DNA from: Heterodontus francisci
Lineage: Eukaryota
Direction: 5' to 3'
DNA length: 64,000 nucleotides
NCBI RefSeq assembly: GCF_036365525.1
Contig: NC_090397.1
Location: 42,413,679-42,477,678, forward strand
Shown here piece after piece: positions 50,689 to 63,790 of this stretch; within the stretch, counting starts at the first letter, position 1; each line of letters opens with the position of its first letter. Below the pieces are notes generated by a model. The model did no database searches, was not told the origin of the DNA, and worked only from the letters and a program-made list of their open reading frames with translations. A program made the position numbers and the translations under genes.

Positions 50689-50731
50689 GTGCCGGTGAAT
50701 CGGGTAAAAGCACAATAGTCAAACAGATGAA
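50689..50731 (+). CDS. GNAT3: G-alpha exon 2 (P-loop, 43 nt)
   Basis: TTACAG|GT GCC GGT GAA TCG GGT AAA AGC ACA ATA GTC AAA CAG ATG AA|GTAAGT = (G)AGESGKSTIVKQM(K). Confidence 0.95.
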
Positions 50732-51073
50732 GTAAGTAGTAGAAGTTAAACGTAATCCTGTAGCAATAAATGCATGTCGTGTATTGTTTGACAGCTTAAA
50801 TAATCTATAGCACTAGTTACATTTATAAAGGTTCTTGATCATGTGAAGGTTTCATCAAGACATCTATTAATCAAAGATAAGGAAATGATCCAATCTTCTG
50901 TCAAAGTTTCCAATTGCCCATAGTATAAGTTGAAGGGTAATTAAAGAGATGGAAACGCCACAGTGAAAAAGTTTCACAACAATTTCAACAGCATAAAGCA
51001 ATACTGTATAAAATAGCCAATATTTTGAGGCAGTTGAAACCGATACAGTAATTTAGCATCAAATTCTGCCAGT

Positions 51074-51964
51074 TGTTACGAGCAGGTGGAAAAGAGGTCT
51101 ACGGTTCCCTTTCAGCTTTCACCTGGTCTTACTGTAACAGGGTTTAATTTTAAATACACTGAGTTTTTAGCTCTACCTTGGTGAGTCCTTGTTCAATGCT
51201 TTCCAATTATAAGGCAAAGAAACCAGCACAAACATGCTTTCTTAGGTTTAAAGAAGAAAAGTTGAAATTTATTGAACTTAAAACCTAATTTGGTTGAAGC
51301 CTACGGATACACAACTCGCCCACGCTAGCATGCATACACGATACACACGTGCAAATAGAGACAGAAAAGAGCAGAAGAAAAAATAAAGTGGAAAAGTTTG
51401 AGGCAATATCTGAAGAGTTTTTGTTACGGTTCTTCAAGCTCACTGTCGAGTCCTTGATTGTAGGTAGTTCTTGCTTTTTCTTGGGGCCCAATATTATTCT
51501 TAAACCTTGTTCGCAGTAGGAGACTTTTTTCTCTCATGTGTCTTCAGTCGATTCGGAGGCTTCTCAGAAAGAAATGGGAGCAGAGAGGACAGTTCTTCTC
51601 AGTTCAGGAGCAAACAGACTTTCTCAGTTCAAACTGTTTGAACAATTCAGAAAAACCCAGGTTACCAAGCAGGTTAGTCATGTGACTAACGGGTCTGACC
51701 ATGTCTTGTATTGTATCACCTTAGCAGTCTCCAGAATGCTCCTTTTATACACAATACCTGGTGATCAAGGTCCATCGTGGGTTAAATGTGTCAGGGAATG
51801 GTCCTGTGTCCTTCCAAGCACTATCTGTTAATATGCAAATATTTTTTCCAGCCACAGCTGATCTGTTTAACAAGTCCTTTGTTCACTCCAGTAACAGTTT
51901 AAAATCAATGTTCATGACAAAATTAATGTGCCTCATTCTTGGCAGGCGGGGGCCTAGCATGACA
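51074..51964. mobile_element. Solo LTR (gypsy-type)
   Basis: TGTTACG...CATGACA termini; CAGT duplicated at 51070-51073 and 51965-51968. Confidence 0.7.
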
Positions 51965-53189
51965 CAGTGTAGAGAAACTGTTAAAACTTCATTTTCATCT
52001 TCTCCTAGCAACAGCTTGCATTTCTATAGCATTAACATAGTAGAACATCCCAAGGCACTTCCCAGGAACAAATTTGACACCAAGCTACGTAAGGAGATAG
52101 GACAGATGGTCAAACATTTGGTCAAAAACTTAAGTCTTAAGGAGCATCTTAAAGGAGGAGAGAGACATAGGGATTAAGAGGCAGAGACGTTTAGGGAGCT
52201 TAGGGCATAGGCAGCTGAAGACAGCTAGCAATGATGCAGCAGGGATGCACGAGAGACCAGAATTAGAGGAGCACAGGTATCTCAGAGCGTTATGGAGTTG
52301 GTGAAGATTACAGAGATAGGGAGGGGAGAGGCCATGGTGGGATTTGAAAACAAGGATGAGAATATTTAAATATTCTCATATTCTCAGTAGGTTAGCAAGC
52401 ACAGGGGTGATGGGTGTAAAAGACTTGGTGTGAATTAGGATATGGGCACCAGAGTTTTGATGAGTTCAGGTTTATGTAAGTTGGGAAGATGCAAGCACAG
52501 TCAGGAGAGCGTTGGAATAGTGAAGTCTAGGGGTAACAAAGCCATGGATGAACTCTTCAGCAGCAGATGGAAGGTGGAAGTAGCCAGTTTTTGTGATGGA
52601 GCAGGTATGTGGCCAAGAGCTCATTTACTGGACAAATACAGTGCCAATATTTGATTGGAGGAATCTTCTGTTCAGTACTGGATGGTGGACAAGCTATGTG
52701 AAAAATTAGAGACAGTGGGAGAGTGTTGAGAGAGGTGGTGATGAGCTAGAGATGGGTGTTGTCAGCATACGTGTAGAACCTCACCTGTTTTTTTAGATGA
52801 TGTCGCCGAAAGGCAGCATGTAGATGAGAGATGGGAGGAGGCCAAGGTTAGATCCTTGGGGGATTCCAGAGGTAACAATGTGGGGGAGGGAAGAGAAGTC
52901 ATTGCAGGGGATTCTCTGGCTACGACTGGATAGATAAGAATGGAACCAGGTGAGGGCAGTCCCAGTGAGCTGGATGACGGAGGAGAGGCATTGGAGGAGA
53001 ATGGTGTGTTGAACTGTGTCAAAGGCTGCAGACAGGTTGAGCAGGATGAGGAGGAATTGTTTACCATGGTCACAGTCACATAGGCTGTGATTTGTGACTT
53101 TGTTGAGAGCCATTTCGGTACTGTGGAGGGGTGGAAACCTGATTGAAGGGATTGAAACATGGAGTTGTGGACAAGTTGGGCATGAACTG

Positions 53190-54335
53190 TGTAGCGTTCC
53201 ACAGGGATCTCTGTTGGAGCCTCAACTATTCACTGTAGTTAATGACTTAAATGACAGGACAGAGAACCACATATGCAAGCTTGCCAATGGCACAAAGATG
53301 GGCTATAAGCAGTGTAGATGGAAGTATAAATTACAAAGAGGTATTGCTAGATTAAATAAATGGGAAAAACTGTTACAAATGGATTTCAAAGCAGGTTAGT
53401 ATCCAATCATCCACTTTGGATCAAAAAGGGATAGATCAGAGTACTTTCTAAATGGTGAAAAGCTAGAAACAGTGGACTTAGGAGTCCATGTACATAGATC
53501 ATTAGAATATCATGAACTGGTACAGAAAATATTTTTCTGGAATGCTGGACTCCAAGGGTTAAATTATGAGAGATTAGACAAGCTAGGATTGTATTCCATG
53601 GACTTTAGAAGTTTAAGGAGTGATTTGGTTGAAGTTTTCAAGATATTGAGGGAAACTGATAGGTAGATAGAGAGAAACTATTTCTGCTCATTGGGGAGTC
53701 TAAGACTGGGGGACATGGCCTAAAAGTTACAGCCAGACCTTTCAGGAGTGAAGTTAGTTTAGTTTAGACATACAGCATCGAAACAGGCCCTTCGGCCCAC
53801 CGAGTCTGTGCCGACCATCAACCACCCATTTATACTAATCCTACACTAATTCCATATTCCTACCACATCCCCACCTGTCCCTATATTTCCCTACCACCTA
53901 CCTATACTAGGGGCAATATATAATGGCCAATTTACCTATCAACCTGCAAGTCTTTGGTATGTGGGAGGAAACCAGAGCACCCGGAGGAAACCCATGCAGA
54001 CACAGGGAGAACTTGCAACTCCACACAGGCAGTACCCAGAATTGAACCTGGGTCACTGGAGCTGTGAGGCTGCGGTGCTAACCACTGCGCCACTGTGCCG
54101 CCCCTCTTCTTCACACAAAGGGTAGTAGAAGTTTGGAACTCTGCAAATGACAATTGATGTTAGATCAATTGTTAATTATAAACTGAGATTGATAGATTAT
54201 TGTTAACCAAAAGTATTAAGGGATATGGAACAAAGGCGGGTATATAGACAAAGGTCACAGATCAGCCACGATCTCATTGAATGGTGACAGAACATGCGCA
54301 AGCGGCTAAATGGCCTAATCCTGTTTCTATGTTAC
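53190..54335 (+). mobile_element. CR1 remnant
   Basis: SVPQGSLL, ERLDKLGLYS..LRSDL motifs and CR1 tail. Confidence 0.75.
53754..54104 (-). mobile_element. HE1 / V-SINE inserted in CR1
   Basis: Full-length reverse complement with CTAAA-repeat tail. Confidence 0.9.
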
Positions 54336-55151
54336 TTTTTAGTAACAAGGACTTTGGAGAGAAAAGGGAGAATGGAGATGGGGCTGTAATTGCAAGTACA
54401 GAGGGGTCAAGGAGGGTTTTCTGAGCAGAGGAGTGATGATAGCAGATTTGAAAGGGGGCAATATCTGAGAAGAGGGAACTTTTAATAGTATCAGCTAATA
54501 TTGGAGCAGAAAGGGAAGTTGGATGGTCAGCACTTTAGTGGGAATAGGATCAAGGGAGCAGGAGGTGCAGCTCATGGGCAAGATGAGCTCAAGAGGACAT
54601 GATGGGAGATAAGAGAGAAACTGAAGAAAGATGTGAGTTCAAGCTAGGGCAAAGGAGAGCAAAGGGTTAGGTGAAGGAAGGGGCAGCTATATGGATGGTA
54701 TCAATTTTTGTGACAAAGCAATCCATGAGATGCTCACACTTTTTGTTGGAGGTGGAGATTGAGGAGGTGGGGGGAGAGATTTCAGAAGAGAGTGGAGAAG
54801 AGAAGCCAGGGATTATCTTTGCATTCCAGGATGATCCTGGTATAGTGAGCACCAGAATCCTTATAATTCCTCATTAAAAATGAGTTCTTTTATTTAGAAA
54901 TCAATGAACGTATTCTTATTTGGATAACCTAAATACACCATGTCTGTTATATATATTTATAAACTGAACTATTACTTTCTATGATTACCACTCATTCATT
55001 AAAAAAGGAAAAGCCTTTTAGAAATGTTTGCTAATGTGTTGCATCTGACTATTAAACCACTGATTAAAGTGGTTATTCTCAGCAACACCATTGCACCTTT
55101 ACTGTCAAACCTGTCCTCTGCACTGAAACTGATATATTTTTTCCCTCATAG

Positions 55152-55293
55152 AATTATCCATAAAGACGGTTACACAAACCAGGAATGTATGGAATTTAAG
55201 GCCATCATTTATAGCAACACAGTACAGTCCATGCTGGCAATTGTGCGGGCAATGTCCTTACTAGGAATTAACTATCAGGACCCAGCCAGGAAA
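55152..55293 (+). CDS. GNAT3: G-alpha exon 3 (142 nt)
   Basis: CATAG acceptor, GTAAGT donor; [47 protein letters not shown]; [12 protein letters not shown] and YSNT are GNAT3-like. Confidence 0.93.
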
Positions 55294-58200
55294 GTAAGTA
55301 ATTATTTTCACTCTTGAGTGTGTATAACATACTTGCTTAAAATTGTTCTTCTTTACTGGGTTTTCTGGTGTTATTCCCACTATTCACTTCAGCACTATCT
55401 GCAAATTTCCTGCCTGGTTTCACACTTTAGACCAGTTATTGGGGGGACAACTTCAACTTCCATGATGCGTTTCTCTTTCACACATAAGTGAGTGTAACCA
55501 GGTAAGTGGGCAGTTAAAAATTAGTAGATTTCTTACCCACTCGGATCCCAACCATTTCCAATTCAGTGTTTGCAGGAGAATGAGGAGCCCACCTAAAGAA
55601 AATAGGGGCCTCATAAATTTATGAAAATCAGAGTCCTATTGAATCCATTAGACCCCAGTGCAATTTGAACCGGGCCTGAGCAGGAAAACTGCAACAGCAT
55701 TCCTGCTAGGCAGAAGCAGGTGTGAAGATAGAACAGTCCCTTCTGGTAAGTCTACATCTTTCCTGTGAGAGGCCATGAGGGACAGAAGTTCTTCTCTGGG
55801 CCCCACAAGGAAAGTTGCAGCCTCCCTTGCCACAGTCTCTTCCACTTCCCTCCTGCAATCTCCTCCCCACCATTTACCTGAGGTTGCCCAATCTTCACCT
55901 GCCAGCGGTTATCCTGCACCCTAGCCATGCCCATTCCTGGCTAAAAGTGGACCGGCAGCACTAAAATGAGGCCCAGGAGTTGAAATACCGCTGGGCCTGA
56001 AATTTAGACTGGCGAGTGTGTTTCCAGTTAGTTCTGTCCCCTCCCCCTCACCAAACTTGAGCCAAAGTCAGGTTAAAAATTGACCCCATCTACTTTAACT
56101 TGAATTTTATGTGCATCCAGCGGCATCATTCGCTCACAACTCTTGATAAAATTTGGTTTTCTTCGGCAAAGCTGAATATTTCAATTTACTGTTTTACTTC
56201 TTTTCTGATTACATCTGTGTAATCACCTGAAACCAGTAATAGGAACGGACTTTAAATTGGGATTTTGCTTCTTTTCTCGATCTGACTTCATATCAGCCTT
56301 TGGCAGAAGATAATTTTTTAAAATTCCTATATTTCAATTTGACTGGCTGATAAAGAATAGACTGTGGGACGGCAATCTCACCACAGAAAATCATTGGAGC
56401 TAGCGCTCTGCATATTTCTGTATTGAAGATGAGATCTGACTGCAGTCGATGGGTGAACTGGGCACAAAAATTGGAGGATAATCAGCAATGTTTCATTTAA
56501 TTTATTAGCAGCTAATCCACTGAAACATCTGTAACATTAATCTCAGGGGGAGGGAAGACGGGATCTTTCCTTGTTAAAAGTGACAGTGTTATAAATGGAA
56601 TATAGTTTTCTATGATTGACAACACTTATACTTTAAAATCTTATGGTTTATATGAGGTTCAGGGATTCTTCTGGAACAGCCACAATCCAGCTCTTTGGCA
56701 ACTCCATTTGTAAAAACATCCAGCTTTGAAAATTCAGTCACTAAGATGATCCATTTAGAACCATTGGGTCAAGTACTTTTACCATTCAGCTCACCTGTGC
56801 AAGTTCTTTGCTATTTAAATCTAAACCCTGCATCTTAATCTGCCTCAAATGTTTTATCAGATAATGTTTTTGTGATGCACACTGTTCTCCACTTAGAATT
56901 AGGTTGAGATGATTGAAGCATATTCGATTTAAGAACTTTAGCTGTCAAATGGTGAAGCCGTCCATCTCATCTGTAAAATGGTCTCGTCAAATTATTCTAC
57001 AAATTTGATTCTTCTGAATTATGTCCCAAATTGTACAGGTTAAAGGTTGAATAATTTGCACCATCATCCAAGCATCTTAGCCTCTTTGATTATATTTTAT
57101 TCAAACAAATAGAAGAAAAGGCTCATTGTTGCTCTTGCAAATTAGTCGTGAAAGCTTACTCCTGCTGATCAATACACACACATTATTCACATCACGCAAA
57201 TTGTCATTCACTTCCCAAAATCGTAATCTCATCACAAAAATGTCATTGGATTGCTTGTACAAGATTTTTCTTGACATGTTTCTTCTGAGGCTCCTTAATC
57301 TCTAAAATGACCACAATCTTACTTTAAATCTTCAGAACTCAGGATACATTTTTGAAAAGATTAAGTGAATTGTTGAACTCTCCAGAGAAATGTCACATTC
57401 ATATGCATGTGTGCAGTCAACTGAAGAATAGGACTTGGCTCTAGGGAATCTATTTTACACATTGTCACGTTCTTTTTCAAATAAGATCACAGCATATCCA
57501 GCTTTATCAGCGAGAAGGCAGTTTTTCTCTTCTCAAACATTTTTTATTCAGGTTGCCAAAGCAACCAAACAATTGAAGTATGATGTTTTCTGCAGGTGTG
57601 CTCTTTACCACTAGAACAAAAATACATTTTATTGGTTTCTCAAATATTATCAAAGCTTTTTAATAGAACAGGGATTTTAAAGTTGGCTTATTTGAGGATC
57701 AACAGAAAATCTATTCTGCAGATTGTATTCCAAGTACAGCTGATTATTCTTCAATATTCTAGGGAATTGAAAATATGGGGATGATAATTTGATGCTGGAT
57801 ACCAGTAGTGCTGATGTGCATCTTACACAAACAACACCTGTGTCAATCTGGTAAACATAGCCTTAAAAAGGCTAACAGCTCAAAAATTGAAAAAAAAATT
57901 GAAATTCTTCATTATATTTTGGATAATTTTGTCCATAGGTCTTTTTTTAATCAGCAGTGTAATGTTACATATCATTGACTATGAAAAATTCAGAGCTCTT
58001 TTCTCTGCCTTGTTTGTATTTAATTATATGCAGATGCTGGGCATTAACTGGTGATTTACTTGAATCCCTAAAAATTGACAGAGACTGAAACTGTGGTTGT
58101 TGAGTTAGGAAGTGTATGCTTGTAATGTGTAACTGTAAATAAATGTAAAATGTAAATATATATTGTGTAAAAATTGGCTCCGGTTCTATCCTCCACCAAC

Positions 58201-59531
58201 TGGCTTTCTGGAATAGAACATGTTAGTGGACAATGGTTACCTAAAGGTAAAGGTTAGAAGCTAAAAAAAAAGTCAAACCAAAAAACTACAATCTCAGTAG
58301 CCATTGTAGAATATGGCAGAAAGAAAATCTAAATTGTCATGGTATGATTACCTGCCGATGTTTTTGGAGTCTGAACCGTATGACCAGTGGAAGATTGAAG
58401 TGAATATGTGGACATGGGTTACATCTGTACCAAAGAGGAAACAGGGTATGGCCTAAGCATTGTCACTTCCTACCAGAAGTATTTTATGAGCTGGATGTCT
58501 GTCAGTTGGATATTGAGGAAAGTTTGGACCTTCTATTAAAGTTCTTGGATAAAATTTACAAGAAAGATGGTCTGTTAAGTGGCTATGAGGCATGGTCCCA
58601 TGATAGATTTCAGAAAACAGATGGACTTTCCATGGAAGATTATATCATGGACTTTCACAGATTGTATAAAAGATTGCCAAAATTCAATTTGGGGATCCCT
58701 GGATCAGTACTAGCATTTTAAATTACCAGATTGTCCTAAGGTGTCTCATATGGACAGGCTACTGGTTCTAATTGGTGTCAGTTCTTGGAGAGGGTAACTC
58801 TGTTGGATCAGATGTCTGCTGCTTTGAAAAATATTCTTGAAGGACAGTCATTTCCTTCATGAAACAATTAGGACATTCCAAAGTGCCACAATGAATAGTG
58901 AATTCAATGATTCCCAGATTTCGGAATGGTCCAGATTCTAGATGGAGATGCCAATACAGTGGAAGGGTTAAAGACAAGCAGAATGAGGATGAAAGCACCT
59001 CAGCAGATTTGGCTATGGCAGCAGAATACAGAATTGGAACAGCAATAATCAGTGAATAAATCCAAGGAATAGGTGCTTCAGGTGTGACTCAAATTACCAT
59101 TATGCGATGACCTGCCAAAAGTGGAAAGACAGGATCCTCGAAATGACACATGATGAGAGAATTCTGAGGAAGAGGATGAAAATAATATTGAATCTGAACA
59201 ATTATATCGGTCATAAGGAGTTTTAGTCCTGTGATGAATGTGTTAGTTGCAGACTCATTTAACTATGCAGTGTTGGATAGTGCAAACTCTTCAAAGTTAT
59301 GTGGAACAGATTGGTTGAAAAGTTATCTTGATTCATTAAGCTGTGAGGATCTATACACGGTTAAGGAATATAAAAGTTCTACTTGCTTTAGGTTTGGTGA
59401 TGACAGCATATTGAGGTCAGTAAAGAGAATTGTAATTCCATGTAAAATAATTGCAGTAAGCCATTTTACAAGTACTGATATAGTATCCAGTGAGATACCT
59501 GTGCTGTTGAGTAAACCTATGAAAATGCACA

Positions 59532-59879
59532 GGGGCGGCACAGTGGCACAGTGGTTAGCACCGCAGCTGCACAGCTCCAGCGACCCGGGTTCAATTCCAG
59601 GTACTGCCTGTGTGAAGTTTGCAAGTTCTCCCTGTGTCTGCATGGGTTTCCTCCGGGTGCTCCGGTTTCCTCCCACATGCCAAAGACTTGCAGGTTGATA
59701 GGTAAATTGGCCATTATAAATTACCCCTAGGATAGGTAGGTGGTAGGGAAATATAGGGACAGGTGGGGATGTGGTAGGAATATGGAATTAGTGTAGGATT
59801 AGTATAAATGGGTGGTTGATGGTCGGCACAGACTCGGTGGGCCGAAGGGCCTGTTTCAGTGCTGTATCTCTAAAAAAAA
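59532..59879 (+). mobile_element. HE1 / V-SINE nested in the copia element
   Basis: Full length with A-tail. Confidence 0.9.
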
Positions 59880-61575
59880 GAAACTTGACAGTATGATAAG
59901 GCAATTTTTTATGGAAAGTCAGTGGATCTGTAGATCCACTAATCAGGATACTATTGTATCCCTTTAACAAAACCTGATGTTTCTTGTCAATGTTAAATAA
60001 GTATTAATGACATCAGGTGATAAGAATCAGAGACAGAAAGCAAATTGTCTTAAAGTTACATAGACAATTTGCTTACCCGACTTGTCAAAGATTAAAAATC
60101 CCTCTGAAGGATGCATGTGTGGTTGATGAGGATATGAGGCTAATATAGAAGAAATTAGTGAGAAGTGTGAAATCTGTAAAAAGTAGCAGACGTTGCCATG
60201 TGCCATTGTAAGCCTTCCATTGGCACATGACTTTAACGAGGTAGTTGCATGGACCTAAAGGTATGGGGTAAAGGCAGAAATATTTTCATTCTACATTTTT
60301 TAAAGCTGGTGACCAGATTTAGTCCTTTCTGCAATAATACTCAGTAAGGACAAAAGGGTAATCCTAGACAAAATCATAGAGAAATGGATAGAGACTAGAA
60401 TTAGGGCACCAGCAAAGGTTCTGATTGATAATAGAGGGGAATTTGCCAATGATGAGTTCAGAGACAGGTATGAAAACATGAACATCATAGTCATGAATAC
60501 CGCAGCTGAAAGTCCTTTCAGCAATGGACTCCGTGAAAGAAATCATGTGGTGATCGATAAAATGCTGCATAAACTTTTCGCTAATCAACCAGACTGCCTT
60601 GGAATGGGCAGTTCATGCACAGAATTCGCTCCCTATCAATTGGCGAAATCCCAAATTGCCTTCTGTGCTGTGCGATAGCCCTCTGCTCTATAAGGTACCA
60701 CAATTAGTTCAATTTTTTTCTACATATTTGAATGCATTATGTGCAGGGAGATGAGCTTTCATCAAGGCTGAAGTCTCAGAGAAGATTTGGAGAGCCCTCA
60801 GGCATTGTATAAGACCATTCGAGATAGAATTTAATTCAGGAGATTTGGTGTATTACAAAAGGGGGGATCATAGGAAATGGAAAGGCCCTGGTAAGGTAAT
60901 AGGTCATGATGGTAAGACAGTACTTATCAAACATGTCAATCAAACTGTTAAGGTTTATTTTTCATGATTAATTGAAATTAATTACGAAATCTCAGACTCT
61001 GAGCAGCTGATGGAAGTAAACGAGGCACCTTGCACCTCAAGTGCTCATGTGTTTTGTGATGAAGGTCCTGAAGAACAGAGCATGGCAGATCAAGGGCTGG
61101 GTAGTGGTAATATGAGTGATCATGATGCACAGAACAGTGCTATCGCATCCACAGGCAAATTGCCCAGAGTGGGTTACTCGGGTGACGTATATTCCAGAGG
61201 GGTCTAATGAACAAAGGGCTGTGACAATTGAGGGACGTGCAGGAAAAGCTACTGACAAGATTAAATATCGGTTGACTGTTCAGGATGATGGCCAAGAAGT
61301 GAGGTCCATGGATTGGCAGAATGGGGTGAAAGAGTGTAACGTAAGAAAACACAATGTAAGTACTGATTGTGGGTCCAGAAGTGACTGCTGTATCGGGAAA
61401 CAATCGTGTACCAAGGAAAGACTCTCTGATCGTGCAAAAGGGAGATCTCGCAGTAATAGTCACTACAGACAGAAAATTGAAGTAGAGGCCATAGCCTGAA
61501 TAGATTACACAATGTAATAAAGACTCAGAACTGTCTTAACAGAACCAGAAGCAGAAGTCCTCATTTTTAAAAAAT

Positions 61576-61827
61576 TTATTTAGAGATACAGCACTGAAAC
61601 AGGCCCTTCGGCCCACCGAGTCTGTGCCGACCAACAACCACCCATTTATACTAACCCTGCAGTAATCCCATGTTCCCCATCACTTACCTATACTAGGGGC
61701 AATTTACAACGGCCAATTTACCTATCACCTGCAAGTCTTTTGGATGTGGGAGGAAACCGGAGCACCCGGCGAAAACCCATGCAGACACAGGGAGAACTTG
61801 CAAACTCCGCACAGGCAGTACCCAGAA
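61576..61827 (-). mobile_element. 5'-truncated HE1 / V-SINE nested in the copia element
   Basis: Reverse complement of the HE1 3' two-thirds. Confidence 0.85.
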
Positions 61828-63024
61828 TGATTGTTAGGTTTTGGTGGCTGCCAATAAACTTGAGAAAAAGCTAATGAGAAGCAAAACAAAAGGAATTGGA
61901 TAGTTGGAGAGAGCTTGGAATTTATTCTGACGTACCAGATAAGGTGTCAACCAGCCTGTCACCCCAGGTGGATTTGTACTGAAATAGTGCTTGCAGATGG
62001 GACTTATGAGGCCAAAGCTAGGCTAGTTGCTAGGGGTTTTGAAGTGTGACTGGGTGATGCTGATGCTGGAGTGGACTCTTCCACAGCTGGGAAAGTAATC
62101 TTGAAAATCTTTTAGCTCTTTTGGCCACATATTCATGGGAGTGCAGATCAATCGACATAAAAGCCATGTTTCTGAAGGGTGATGCTCTTCAAAAGGAAGT
62201 GTTTCTGAAAGCACCCAAAGAGGCAGCAGATGCAGAAAGAAAACAATGGAAATTAAACAAATGCTTCTATGGCCTGAATGATGCTCCCAGGGTGTGGTAT
62301 ATTTTGGTGAGATCTGTTTTGCTGAAAATAGGTTGTGTTCAACTAAGAGCAAGCCCCGCAATGTTTTATTGGCATCATAAAGGTAAACTTTCAGGCATCT
62401 TCATGATGTATGTCGATGACTTCTTATGGAATGGTACTGCAGAATTTGAGAAATGTATTATTGATATTAGATGGAATTTAAATTTGGAGTCAAGCTTGTG
62501 GGGCTTTAAAATATATTGGTTTAGATATAAAGCAGACTTGTTCTAGAGTAACTTTAATTCAACAATCCTATTTAGAGAGTGCTACTTCCATCCCGGTTAG
62601 TTGTACTAGGTACTAACAGAAAGATAATGTTATATCTAAAGAAGAGACTGAGTAATTGCGAAGCTTGATTGGTCAGTTGAACTGGTTGGACACTTCGACT
62701 AGACCAGATGCTAGTTCTGATGTGTTGGAGTTAAATACTACAATGAAAGACCCTAAAGTCGAGCATGTTTTAAAGGTGAATAAAACATAAATAAGCATTT
62801 CTCTAGATTTAATTTTTTAATGTTCCCATCCTTAGGTGACCCAAAGAACATGAAACTAGTTATTTTTAGCAGCATCAGAGCCACAACCCTGGTGCACTCA
62901 CTCAGAGTTCCATGGATTTATAGAAACTGGCATATGTGTCCAAACAATTTCCAAACCATCTTGGGGTGAATCAGTTTGCAATGTTGATTGCCTTAAAGTA
63001 TTAATTTTATGGGGAAACCACTGA

Positions 63025-63378
63025 TTAGATTAGATTAGAGATACAGCACTGAAACAGGCCCTTCGGCCCACCGAGTCTGTGCCGAACATCAACCACCCAT
63101 TTATACTAATCCTACACTAATCCCATATTCCTACCAAACATCCCCACTTGTCCCTATATTTCCCTACCACCTACCTATACTAGTGACAATTTATAATGGC
63201 CAATTTACCTACCAACCTGCAAGTCTTTTGGCTTGTGGGAGGAAACCGGAGCACCCGGAGAAAACCCACGCAGACACAGGGAGAACTTGCAAACTCCACA
63301 CAGGCAGTACCCGGAATCGAACCCGGGTCCCTGGAGCTGTGAGGCTGCGGTGCTAACCACTGCGCCACTGTGCCGCCC
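63025..63378 (-). mobile_element. HE1 / V-SINE
   Basis: Full length with CTAAT-repeat tail. Confidence 0.9.
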
Positions 63379-63632
63379 TATACTTTATACTGATGTATAA
63401 AGAGCACTTCAAAACCCTAACTCTTTGTGTGAAATAAAATGGTTGGCAGCTAAGAAAAACTTATTTTGGCTTGTATTGTAATATAACAGAGCACATTTCA
63501 TACTTCGGTTAGTAGAACTGCTGAAACTCAACATATATTTAGGCCATTTCCATGAAAATTTATACTTATACTTTCCAATATCAAATGACAATGTTCATAA
63601 ACGATGTATTTATTGTCTACTTTTCCCTACAG

Positions 63633-63790
63633 GCTGATGCGCAACACCTTTTTAATCTGGCTGATTCAGTAGAGGAAGGGAGTTTGCCAACAGAACTTGT
63701 AGAAATCATTGGTAGGCTTTGGAATGATCCAGGAATTCAGGCCTGCTTTGAGAGAGCTTCAGAGTATCAGCTCAATGATTCTGCCTCATA
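63633..63790 (+). CDS. GNAT3: G-alpha exon 4 (158 nt); the gene continues beyond the window
   Basis: CTACAG acceptor, TA|GTAAGT donor; [52 protein letters not shown](Y). Confidence 0.93.

Larger units (their letters stand above)
52010..54845 (-). mobile_element. L2 LINE remnant split by nested CR1 and HE1
   Basis: QSGF, LLNLSAAFDTVQH, ALTWFHSYLS, GIPQGSNLG in ORFs at 52762-53202; the L2 sequence appears to resume after about 54340. Confidence 0.75.
58030..62870 (+). mobile_element. Degenerate Ty1/copia (GalEa-like) LTR retrotransposon in G-alpha intron 3
   Basis: gag from 58314 with CX2CX4HX4C (CFRCDSNYHYAMTC); protease AVLDSA; integrase LHRQFA..CEIC and AAESPFSNGL.ERNH; copia RT KARLVARGFE, IDIKAMFL, LNKCFYGLNDAPRVW, YVDD; degenerate iMet-like PBS near 58221. 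The 5' boundary is approximate; no 3' LTR seen. Confidence 0.85.

Noticed and set aside
55440-56090. Possible MITE with GGGGTCAATTTT-like termini
   Set aside because: The left terminus is too degenerate and no TSD could be established.
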